Below are positions 16,364-26,500 of a stretch of 64,000 bases of DNA, piece after piece. The stretch's first letter is position 1; each line of letters opens with the position of its first letter. Origin of the DNA: an uncultured Clostridia bacterium (GTDB lineage Bacteria; Bacillota; Clostridia; TANB77; CAG-508); contig CAKPRA010000007.1 of assembly GCA_934180065.1 (NCBI GenBank), positions 1,963 to 65,962 of the forward strand. Reading direction: 5' to 3'. The position numbers and the translations under genes are program-made. Below the pieces are notes generated by a model. It did no database searches, was not told the DNA's origin, and worked only from the letters and a program-made list of their open reading frames with translations.

Positions 16364-17839
16364 ATGAGAAAAAATGGTAAAATTGCAATTTCAATGTTAT
16401 TAATTCTTGTTATTTTAAGCGGAATAATAAAATCTTTGGCGGTTAATTTTGAATTAAATGTTAAATTTGATGGAAAAAATATATCAATGGAATCTGAAAC
16501 ACCTGATATGAACTGGAACTTAGATAATCTATTACCAGGACAATCAGATGTATCATCAATTAATATAAAAAACAGTGGAAAAAAAGAAGTTGATTTAGAA
16601 ACATCAATTAATATTGAAGAAGATACAGGATTATTAGAGAAAATCGAATTAACGGTTACAAATAATGCAGGAGATACAGTATTTACTGGAAAATACAAAG
16701 ATTTAAAAAAGATAACTAAAAGATTAAAAGTTGGTGAAACTGAGAAATATACTGTTAGCACCAAAATGAGTGTTGACGCAGGAAATGAATATCAAGACAA
16801 AAAATACAAATTAAAATTTAGTTTTAATGCAATTGGGTCAATTTCAGTTGGAAAATTAACAATAAAATATGTAGATGAAAATGGAAACGATATAGAGCCT
16901 CCAACAGTTGAAACAAAGGAAATTAAAAATAAATATAATTTGCCAACCGTAGGAAAGGATATTGATGGATATAGATTTGTTAGGGTTGAAGGTCAAACAA
17001 GCGGAGAATATAAAGAAGAAGGAACTACAGTCATATACCATTATAAAAAAATAACATATAACAAATTAACTGTAAAATATGTATCTGATACAGAAAATGG
17101 AAAAATATTAAAACAAATTCAGGAAACAAAAGAAACAGGAACAGAATATAAATATACTCCAGAGCAATTTGAAGGTTATGAATATACAGGAGTTGTTGAT
17201 GGAGAATCAGAAGGAACTTTTGGAAAAGAAGATAAAGAAGTAGTATTTCATTATAAAAAAATAGAAGAAATTAAAACTGGAAAGGTTATTGTAATTTATG
17301 TTGATGAAGATAATAATATTCTAGAAAAAGATGAGAATACTGATACAGTTGGTAAGAAATATGAATATACAATAGATGAAATAAAAAAAGAAATCCCTGG
17401 ATATAAATTTGTAGAAGTTGATGGAAAATTAGCTGGAGAATATAAAGAGGAAGATACAATAATTTATTGTAAATACAAAAAAATAAAAAGAGGAAGACTT
17501 ATAGTAGTTTGTATTGATAAAGACAATGAAATAATTAAAAGAACTATAACAGAAGAAGAAGTTGGAACTGATTATAATCTTGGTGAAATAGGAGAAAAAA
17601 TTGATGGTTATACTTTCTTAGGAATTGAAGGTGAACCTGTTGGAAAATATAAAGAAGAAGATACAATAGTTTTATACAGATATAAGAAAAATGGTCCATC
17701 AACAAGTGATGTAAAGCTTCCAAAAACTGGAGATACAGTTTATTATTATGTTATTGGAGGAATAGTTGTTTTACTAATATTGGTATTTGTGATTATTATA
17801 AAAAAGAAAAATGAAAAAGATGAAAAAAATAGCAAATAA
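16364..17839 (+). CDS. Cell-wall-anchored fusion protein: TasA/camelysin-like N-domain + 4 MucBP repeats + LPKTG sortase signal
   Basis: RBS AAGGAGA. NLLPGQSDVSSINIKNSGKKEVDL (TasA-like). Four ~70-aa repeats (K/R)L(T/I)(I/V)KYVDENGN...(D/P)GY.F...G...G.YKEE.T...Y.YKK. LPKTG at 17717-17731, then TM and a KKKNEKDEKNSK tail. Confidence 0.75.
   Translation: MRKNGKIAISMLLILVILSGIIKSLAVNFELNVKFDGKNISMESETPDMNWNLDNLLPGQSDVSSINIKNSGKKEVDLETSINIEEDTGLLEKIELTVTNNAGDTVFTGKYKDLKKITKRLKVGETEKYTVSTKMSVDAGNEYQDKKYKLKFSFNAIGSISVGKLTIKYVDENGNDIEPPTVETKEIKNKYNLPTVGKDIDGYRFVRVEGQTSGEYKEEGTTVIYHYKKITYNKLTVKYVSDTENGKILKQIQETKETGTEYKYTPEQFEGYEYTGVVDGESEGTFGKEDKEVVFHYKKIEEIKTGKVIVIYVDEDNNILEKDENTDTVGKKYEYTIDEIKKEIPGYKFVEVDGKLAGEYKEEDTIIYCKYKKIKRGRLIVVCIDKDNEIIKRTITEEEVGTDYNLGEIGEKIDGYTFLGIEGEPVGKYKEEDTIVLYRYKKNGPSTSDVKLPKTGDTVYYYVIGGIVVLLILVFVIIIKKKNEKDEKNSK
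16851..17690 (+). repeat. Four tandem MucBP-like repeats (~210 nt each)
   Basis: Protein-level periodicity read from the translation. Confidence 0.7.
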
Positions 17840-17856
17840 AATATGTTAAAATTAGG

Positions 17857-17906
17857 ATAACAACCCATCTGTACTTTTATATAAGGTAGACGGGTTGTTA
17901 TTTTTT
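17857..17906 (+). terminator. Rho-independent terminator
   Basis: ATAACAACCCATCT / AGACGGGTTGTTAT (one mismatch) followed by TTTTTT. Confidence 0.7.
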
Positions 17907-18007
17907 ATATAATAGGAAAGTTCAATATATAAGTACAATTTTACTTATGAGTAATGCTGAAACTATATACTATATTAAGAATAGATATTTCCTATTATAT
18001 AAAAAAG
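17901..18007. repeat. Module A copy 1: ~105-nt AT-rich element with inverted termini TTATATAATAGGAAA / TTTCCTATTATATAA
   Basis: About 85% identical to 35124-35224. A left-end fragment recurs at 58041-58064. Confidence 0.8.
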
Positions 18008-18122
18008 GCTACGCCAAAACATTGCACACAAAATTACTGCGTAATTTTGGCGCGCGAACAAAAACGCGGACTTAAAAATGTTTTAAACAGAGCAAATGTT
18101 ATTAATGTCCGCTTTTGTTCCT
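18003..18122. repeat. Module B copy 1: ~120-nt intergenic repeat with internal inverted repeats and the CAAATGTTATTAATG box
   Basis: AAAAGGCTACGCCAAAACATTGCACACAAA...GCAAATGTTATTAATGTCCGCTTTTGTT. Paralog at 57862-57977, permuted fragment at 55621-55667. Internal stems CGCCAAAA/TTTTGGCG and GAACAAAAACGCGGAC/GTCCGCTTTTGTTC. Confidence 0.8.
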
Positions 18123-18159
18123 ATTCAAAATACTATAATTAGTAATGTTTTTTTATAAG

Positions 18160-18323
18160 CCGGATATGTAAATATATATATTAAAATTCGTTCCTTGCTG
18201 GTCGCCCTTACAAAGTTGTGTGAGGATGGTAGTGCCCTTGCTTTGATTTTGATAAAAGTGAGATTTAACTAAAAGCTCCCAAGCTGCGCGTCACTTCTTT
18301 TTAATATATATATTTACATATCC
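18160..18323 (+). repeat. Module C copy 2: same conserved core as 10036-10146, closed by a different ~25-bp inverted repeat
   Basis: Arms are CCGGATATGTAAATATATATATTAAAA / TTTTAATATATATATTTACATATCC. Core at 18187-18298. Confidence 0.7.
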
Positions 18324-18467
18324 TACTCTACCAAATTAAATTTATCATTTATTTTGTGATAATGTAGTTTTAGCTTAATGTCACTTTTTAAATATATGTA
18401 TATGCTAGTACTTATAAAATTAGTGATATAAATAGTACGTATTTTTACTTAATTTAATCTGTAGCTA

Positions 18468-18496
18468 TTGACAGAAGTCATCAAATGATATAAAAT
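18468..18496 (+). promoter_or_regulatory. Sigma-A promoter TTGACA-17-TAAAAT for tRNA-Arg
   Basis: TTGACA 18468-18473, TAAAAT 18491-18496. The tRNA starts 12 nt downstream. Confidence 0.7.
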
Positions 18497-18507
18497 TTCA
18501 ATGTAAT

Positions 18508-18584
<77 letters not shown>

Positions 18585-18587
18585 TAA

Positions 18588-18617
18588 GAAAGAATGGCAT
18601 AGCCATTCTTTTTTTTC
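18588..18617 (+). terminator. Rho-independent terminator after tRNA-Arg
   Basis: AGAATGGC-ATA-GCCATTCT followed by TTTTTTT. Confidence 0.85.
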
Positions 18618-18638
18618 TATAATTTGTTAATAATATAC

Positions 18639-18667
18639 TTTACATAAATTAACATTAGTGCTATAAT
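18639..18667 (+). promoter_or_regulatory. Sigma-A promoter TTTACA-17-TATAAT (paralogous to 35311-35339)
   Basis: TTTACA 18639-18644, TATAAT 18662-18667. Confidence 0.75.
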
Positions 18668-18673
18668 ATTATC

Positions 18674-18691
18674 AAGGTGCTGAAAGCACTT
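18674..18691 (+). promoter_or_regulatory. Conserved 5'-leader hairpin (AAGGTGC-TGAAA-GCACTT)
   Basis: It sits in the same position after the -10 as the hairpin AGGTGC-AAATT-GCACT at 35346-35363. The preceding ATCAAGGTGC is identical in both. Confidence 0.6.
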
Positions 18692-18728
18692 AATACGGAA
18701 CCCAATCAATCAATAAGGAGGAATCATT

Positions 18729-20264
18729 ATGAAAAAGCAGCGGTCAAGAAACGTAGCTATAATAGCTACACTGGTAACACTGGCAACTCTGGCAATACTT
18801 GCAATGTCATCAATAACTGTATTTGCAAGTACAAACGAAGACGTCATTAAGGGAGATCTTAATGCAGACCACAATGTTAATTGCTTTGATATGATATTGA
18901 TGAAACGTGCCATTTCAGGAACATATGAAACTGATTTGGAAAAAGCAGATATCAACAACGATGGCAAAGTTACTGTTGCTGATGCTGCTATAATGAAACG
19001 TTTCTTTATTGGAGCAATACCAAGCTTGGAGATTACAACGGGAACCACCACAACGACTACAACAACGGCAAATAATACTACAAAGTCGGACACATCAACC
19101 ACAACTACAAACCAGACCACAATAACTAAAGCCACAACCGAGAAAACTACTACAACGGAATATGAATGGATCCCTCCAAAGAGAGAAGATCTTGTTCATA
19201 ATGGTGAAACTATGGATGAGGAAACATATCAGCTGTTAATTAATACTGCCAAAATGTTTGGAGTAAAGCGTTATGAATTCCAGTGGAGTTCACATCCGAT
19301 TGAATATGGATATTTTGATCCTGGTCCATTATTCTGTATGACAGAAGGTTACGCCTACGGATATGGTGTACAGGTACTTTCATCTGATAAGATTTATGAC
19401 TTTGCACCGGAGAAAAGCAAACTTGAAAAATCTACATTTAAGTATGGATATGAATTTCTTTTGTATAGACCCATACTTGAAGATGATAATGACCCAAAAG
19501 TTCTTTCTTCATTTGAACTTACAACAGATGCATTTAAAAGCAATGATGGTCTTTTAATTTCTGGAATGCGCAAAATAATTGAAAGTCCAAATTGCGAGCC
19601 GGGAGATGAAGGCTATGAGCGAGAATTGTTTACTGCAAATGCATACAATCCTGTAGATTTTATAGGTTGGTATTTAGTACCTGTTGATGAAAATGGAGAA
19701 AAAGTTGAGGAAATACCAGAAGAATTTGATACATCAATAAAGCCTGCAAAGAGTATCAAATATTGGTTTACAAATGAGCAGTTACGTAGTTCGGGTTTTA
19801 TTATTCCACTTGCAATATTCTATGATTACATAAATACAGCAAATTTATACAATATGTCCAACTTTAAATTAGTATATAACACTGATAAGGAAAACCCAAT
19901 CCCATATTCATTTGAAAAAGGAAATACGGTAACAACAAATGGAATTATATTAGGTGCTCCACAAATTTTGCCATATTACGATTTACCAAAAGTAGTTGAT
20001 TTATACAAATTCTGCTTGGAATATGCACAGGGTAGTGAAAAAGCTGCAACACAGTTGGAAGAAATAATTTTAGAGGGCAAATTTACGCCATTCTATTATG
20101 TAACCTTAAAAGACAATGATAGAAACAATCAGATTCAGAATGTAGTTTATATACCGGATTTGTTTGTAGATACCCATAAGTGGTATGTCATGATACCACT
20201 TGATGAGGAAGGAAATGAGGATTTAAGACCATATCCTCTTCGCACTGATATAGAGATTGATTGA
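18729..20264 (+). CDS. Secreted dockerin-type protein (511 aa): signal peptide, complete type-I-like dockerin (two Ca-binding segments), Thr-rich linker, ~370-aa domain of unknown function
   Basis: GDLNADHNVNCFDMILMKRAISG...ADINNDGKVTVADAAIMKRFFIG (nt 18852-19028). TTGTTTTTTTTANNTT...TTTE linker (19029-19160). Strong RBS TAAGGAGGAATCA. G+C is clearly higher than the neighbours. Confidence 0.8.
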   Translation: MKKQRSRNVAIIATLVTLATLAILAMSSITVFASTNEDVIKGDLNADHNVNCFDMILMKRAISGTYETDLEKADINNDGKVTVADAAIMKRFFIGAIPSLEITTGTTTTTTTTANNTTKSDTSTTTTNQTTITKATTEKTTTTEYEWIPPKREDLVHNGETMDEETYQLLINTAKMFGVKRYEFQWSSHPIEYGYFDPGPLFCMTEGYAYGYGVQVLSSDKIYDFAPEKSKLEKSTFKYGYEFLLYRPILEDDNDPKVLSSFELTTDAFKSNDGLLISGMRKIIESPNCEPGDEGYERELFTANAYNPVDFIGWYLVPVDENGEKVEEIPEEFDTSIKPAKSIKYWFTNEQLRSSGFIIPLAIFYDYINTANLYNMSNFKLVYNTDKENPIPYSFEKGNTVTTNGIILGAPQILPYYDLPKVVDLYKFCLEYAQGSEKAATQLEEIILEGKFTPFYYVTLKDNDRNNQIQNVVYIPDLFVDTHKWYVMIPLDEEGNEDLRPYPLRTDIEID

Positions 20265-20269
20265 GAAAA

Positions 20270-20303
20270 AGGCTCATCCCCTATTATGGGGATGAGTTTT
20301 TTT
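20270..20303 (+). terminator. Rho-independent terminator
   Basis: CTCATCCCC-TATTAT-GGGGATGAG followed by TTTTTTT. Confidence 0.85.
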
Positions 20304-20342
20304 GGATATTAGTGAATATTGTATTTCCTTAAGCATATTTGT

Positions 20343-20371
20343 TTGTAATAAAAATTAGTCGAAAATATAAT
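20343..20371 (+). promoter_or_regulatory. Sigma-A promoter TTGTAA-17-TATAAT for the RCC1 giant gene
   Basis: TTGTAA 20343-20348, TATAAT 20366-20371. Confidence 0.65.
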
Positions 20372-20511
20372 AAAATTGTAATATATTTCATATGACTGAT
20401 TTCCCTATATAAAAATGGATATTTATATATAAAAGCAAAATTGTTAATTTTAATTTAATAAGTATAATAAAAAATAGCAAAATAAATAATAATTTTTTGG
20501 GGGTAAATCAC

Positions 20512-23500
20512 ATGAATATTAGTAAAGGAATCATTAAAAAAATATTTGCAATTGTATTGTTATTAGCAATAATAATTCAATATTTTCCAATAGCAGTTTT
20601 GGCTGATAATACTGAAAAGGATGATTTTAGTGATAAAATCAATTTTTCTGTTAAATGGAAAAGTGGAAAAGAAATAGAAACGGGTAATGCAGGACTAGAA
20701 TATATAATAGTATTCAATGGAGTTCAAACTGGTTTTCGTAATGTCAAAGTGTTTATGGAAACTAATAAAGTAGATAATATTATAGATAGTATATCTTGTG
20801 TAAAGTCTACAACAGGTACAGGATGGGCGCAAGTTAATTATGGTTCAAAGGAAACTGGTACGTCTATATCTGGAGATGCATTCGTAAAATTTGGAAATCC
20901 AACAGAGATAATGGATAGAAATGTAAAAATTAAACTTACAGGAGAATATACAGATCCAGAAACAAATGATGTTATTAATTTTGACATTAATAAAGAGCTA
21001 AAGGCAGTTATAACACCAGCAACAATAATGTCAGACTTTTCAGCATATTTAAATTGGCAAAAATATAATCGAAACGGAATGGTCCGTGATTTTACACCAT
21101 ACTTATTTAGTAATACCATAACAATTAAAAATGGATGGTATGACAAATCAGTATCAGCAGTATATCCAATATATATAAGTGCTCTTACATATACACAGAA
21201 ATTTGATTTAAAAATTACAATTAATCGTTATAAAAATGAAGATAATTCAAAAATTTCTCAAATATCTGATGGATATACTATAAACTGGGATGGTTTAGAT
21301 GATGTTTTAGGAGAGCCAACAAAAATCGATAATAGTGATGGTTCAATAAGTTATGTATTTAGTAAAGGACAAGACTCAGACGTATTTGATAAAGCAAATA
21401 CATTTACTGTTGAATCTAAATTAATAGACGAAAAAGAGAATCGTAGTGGATTTAATGTAGTTATTAAATATAATACACCTAGAACTAATCCTATAGAAGA
21501 AAGTACTCCTGAAAGTAATTTTAATTGTTCATTTTCAGCTGAAATGGAAGCAATAGGTTTTAATGTAAAAAAAGAATATGGAAAAGAAGAAGTTGTTACT
21601 AAAAAAACTGAGAAAAAATCATTATATAATACTAAAAGCAAAAGCTTAAATGGATATACTTCAGGACAACATTCATGGAAGAAATGGGAATATACATCTT
21701 TAAAAGCTGAAGGTGAATCAGAGATTACTGATACAGTAGTAGAAAATTTAAAAAAGAATAGAACTATAAAATTATATACTCAGTTAAGTAAGATTTCTGA
21801 AGGAGTTGGAGAGAATGATTATCAAGAAGGTTTTATAAAAATTAAAGCTCCAACATTATATTATCAAAGTGATAATGGCGAAATGAAATCAATAACTTTA
21901 TCAGGAACTCAAATGAGAGCAGATAAAATAACTGCTACTTCATTTGGAACTAATTATTATGTAAATGGTGATAAAAAGGTAGAATTTAGTGGAACATATA
22001 CTCCTGATGAAGGGGAAAATGAAAATGTGTTTTCTATACAAATGAATGATTATTTAAATCGTAGTTTTTATTCATATGGAATTGAATATACTTTAGATAT
22101 AGATAAAGTTGGATTAACAGATACTGAAATTGATAATATTTCTGGAATTGAATTTGATATGGATACAAGTGGAGAATGGCTTTATGGTGGAAAGTCAGAG
22201 TACCTAGAAAGAAAAATTGCTAAAAAAGAGAATAAACTTTCTTATATGTCTTTTTATACACAACTTAAAAGTAGTGCAGATGATTTAAATATTAGTATAC
22301 CTACAACTGAAACTATAAATATGTTTAAACCAGAAACGGTGGGAGATACAGATAGTACACATAATTTTGTGGTAAATGAAAACCCTGTTTTTTATATAGA
22401 GCTACCTTCAATGTTTGAATATGAAAATTTTAAAATTAGAAGTTCAAAAAAAGAAACAATAAGTATAGATGAAGAAAATGTAGAAATCATAAAAAAAGAT
22501 GGTGTGAAATATTTAGTAATACCATGTAAAGGAACTTATAATAGTGATATTGATAATAAGATATTTATAACAATTAAATTCAATAGGAAACTAATTAATC
22601 CATCTAATGGTGATTATTCAATAAGTGCATATATGCTAACAGATAATGAAAATTATTATCAAAAAGGAGTTCCTAATGTATATGAATTTAGTAAAACAGA
22701 AAATGCACCTAGTAAAATTTTTAAAAATGAAATAAAATTCTCAATATTAGGTTATAGTGAATTAAAAGCAAATACTAAAATTGAAGTAAACAATAAAACA
22801 TATATACCAAATATGGATAATAGCTCTGGGCAAAAAAATAATCCGGTTATTAGTGATTTTTCTAAGGATAGTATTATAGTTAAATCAGAAATTTCAGCAG
22901 TTGGTGATGATTTAACTAATGTTGAAATATTAAGTAGGTTACCATTTTCAAATAATACATTTATAGAAAATAAAGATACTCAATTAATAGAAACAGATTA
23001 TAATAAAAACGGAGAATTAAGTGATTTTATAGATAAACATAATGGAAAACTAAAAGGAATAACAAAAAATACAGCTATACCACAATTGACATTATCAAAT
23101 GTTAAAATATTAGGAGTATATGGAAAAAATCTAGAAGATCAAAATAAAGAGTATGTTATTGATAAAAAGAATTATCAAATTTATTATACAACAGAAGAAA
23201 AGGCAGATTTTGATTCAACAAGTTTTGTTAAATATGAAGAAGGTGTTTCAGATTTATCAAAGGCTAAAAATATAAAAATTGTTTTTAAAAATGAAAACAA
23301 TGTAAATTATAATATAAAATCAAATCATTCAGTTTATTTAAAATATGAAATTACGATGCCAGACGAACAAGGAATGGCTGGTTCCGTATGCTCTGTAAGA
23401 TATGATAGAGCTAAAACATCAAATACTGAAACTTTACATTCAAAAGCTGGGTATATTATAAATGGAGAAACAACAGGTACAATAAAAGTACAAAAGAAAT

Positions 23501-26500
23501 TTGAAAATTATAAAGTAGGTGTAGCTCCTACGGGATTAAGCTTGGAAGGAATAGAATTTAAATTACAATATTATGATGAGTCAACTTCAGAAAAAAAATT
23601 CCTTCAAGATGTAAATGGAAATGACATTGTTGCAAAAACAAACTCAAGTGGTATTGCAATATTTGAAAATATACCACAAAATGAATATTATTTATATGAA
23701 ACTACAGAATTTGATAATTATAGTGGAATTGGAAAAATGAACCTTATCACAGTAAATCCAGCAGAAACTATAGAATATACGGCAACAAATATATTAAAAA
23801 AGGGTTCAATAACTGTAACAAAAAATTGGGAAAATTCAAAAGAACAACCAGGAAGCGCAAGTTTCCAATTAATAAGGGTTAATGGTGCAGGCGAAACTTA
23901 TACTTTTATTCCAAAAACTGTAACAACAAATGAAAATGGAGAAGCTGTATTTTATGATATACCATATGGTAATTATATAGTAAAAGAGGTTAGTTGTGCT
24001 GATGGATGGACACCAAGTGGTGGTGAAAGTAAAACAGTTTCTTTGAATTCTAGTACAGCAACAGTTAATTTCGTTAATGTAAGATCACGAGCAGTATTAC
24101 AGATTGTTAAAACAGTTCCAACTGGAGAAACTGTTGATGGGCTAACATTCCATATAGTTGGACGTGGAAAGGTATCATATACTGACAAAAATGGAAATAT
24201 AGTAACTTCAGATAGTGAATACACAATCAAAATTGGAGAGAATTATCCTAATAATGTACGTGTTACTAAATCTGAAGATGGCTCTACAGCAACTATAACA
24301 ATTGCTGGTGTATATTTAGGATATTATTCAATTGAGGAAATTGATATTCCTACAATTGAAGGAACTAATATAAAGAAGTATTCACCTGTAAGTGCAAATG
24401 TATTATTAGAAAAAAATGATTTGGCAAATCCAGTAATTGTTAATTTATCAAATAGATATAAAATGGGATACTTAAAAATAAACAAAACAGCTAAACTAAA
24501 AGAGGGCGGTAAATATACGGATATAGGTGATTTGACAGGTTTCCAAGTTCGTATAACTGGTAAATCATATTATGGACATGATGTAGATGATTTAATAACA
24601 TTAGATGAAAATGGATATGGAATCGGAAAATATGAAATTGGTGAATATACAATAACAGAGGTTCCAAAGGAAGGATATACTGCATATTATGGTTTAGATA
24701 ATACGGCAAGTACAACACCACCTAAGGTTACAATAGAGCAAAATAAAACTATAACTCAAAATCTTTATAATGAACATACAGGTGTTGGTTATGTAAGAGT
24801 AGAAAAAAGCTTAGAAGGTGTGACAGATCCACAAATTGTAATAAAAGCCGGAATTAAGTTTAAAATTTCCGGACAAAATGTTGCTGGTGGAAGAGTAAAT
24901 GAAACTATATTAATTGATAAAATAGATGAACAAAACAAAGTAGCTTATGGAATTTCAGGTCCAATTTCTTCAGGTGGAGAATATGAAATTAGTGAGGAAG
25001 AAAGTACTATTCCAGAGTTTTATGAAGGAATAGATACTGAAAAAATAGAAATAAGTACTTCTAATACAGTGGAAAGTCCTTTAATTAAAAAAATGGTTAA
25101 TACTAGAACTAAAGGAAACTTGGAAATTGTTACAACAACAGATCCAGAAGGTGGAAATTTAAAAGGAATTTCATATAAAGTTACAGAGGTTGAACTAGGC
25201 GAAAATGGTACATATAAAGTTATAGGAACTACTGTTAATGTAGAAGGAAGTAATAATGATATTGATGCAAGTTTTGCAAAATTAGAAAATATAAATGCAG
25301 GATATTATTTAGTTGAGCAAGATAAAATTCCAAGTGGATGGATTAAAGATGTAAAACAAATAGTTGAAGTACCAAGTTATAATACAGGATATGCAAATTT
25401 TGAAATAACAGAAAGAAAGAAATTAAATGCTAATAAAGTAACTATTAACAAAGTTTTATTAAATGAAAATGGAGAGCAAGCATCTGAAGAAGATATTAAA
25501 AAGGCTAATCTTGATAAAGATGAAATATTTGAAGTTAAACTAACAAATACAAAAACACAAGAAATTTATTATGTATTTACTTCAGTGAATAATCCAGGAG
25601 TAATTCAAGGTTTAGATGCTGGAACATATTCTATAGAAGAAGTATTTAAACCAAAGTATTTACCAGAGGGATATTATAAGAACATAGAAGTAAAAGGACA
25701 AATTCCAGAGCAAGGTACTCAAAATGTTGAAGAAAAAATTGAACAAAATGAAGGAAAATACTTATTTACTATAACAGAAAATGGAAATATAACTGAAGAT
25801 GTTAATTTAATTATAAAAAATAAAATTGATACTGCATATGGATTTGGTGGACAAACAAACAGAAGTAACTTAAGTAAAATAGATACTGTAGAAGAGCCTT
25901 CTAATTATGTAACAAAAGCTGTTATATGGGTTGTTGATGAAAATGGAGATGCTATTTCAGGAGTTAAATTTAATTTATTAACTGCACAAGGAAATATTGT
26001 TTCTTTAAATGGAAAAACAGAATTTGAAATTGCAAACAAAAAATTAATAATAAAAGGACTACCTGTAGGAACATATACATTAAAGTGTATAAGTGTGCCA
26101 GATGGATATGTAAAACCAGATAATGAGCAAATAGTAGTTTATAGTGATGCAACTCAAGTAGCAAGAGTTGAAGTACAAAAAAATATACCACGTGGAAGCT
26201 TGAGTTTATCAACAACATACAAAGATTTAGAAGGAAACTCAAAATTTGTATCACGCTCTAAATACAAAGTTGTAGATACTAAAACAGGTGAACTTGTAAA
26301 ATTTGTAAGAACCGCAACAGGTGATTATAAGAAATCTAATCTAGAAGCTGCTTCACCAGTAATTGTATTAAAATCTGGAGTTGTAAATGTTGATGGAATA
26401 GAAACTGGAGATTATGAAGTTGGTATAGTAGATGTTACAAAAGGATATGGAATACAAAAAACAGAAGTTGAAAAAGTGAATGTAGAAGAAAATGTTGATA

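Noticed and set aside
16249-16764. 171-aa minus-strand ORF, and the alternative-frame plus ORF at 16121-16330
   Set aside because: They overlap the TasA-like genes, which have RBSs and family motifs. Neither has independent support.
17954-18142. 62-aa plus-strand ORF in the intergenic region
   Set aside because: It lies entirely within repeat modules A and B. The paralogous module copies (35124-35224, 57862-57977) do not preserve the reading frame, and it has no RBS.
18710-19135. 141-aa minus-strand ORF overlapping the start of the dockerin-type gene
   Set aside because: It is antisense to the signal peptide, dockerin and Thr-rich linker. Its poly-Val run is simply the complement of ACN Thr codons. 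It has no RBS, and the plus-strand gene has strong motifs and a strong RBS.
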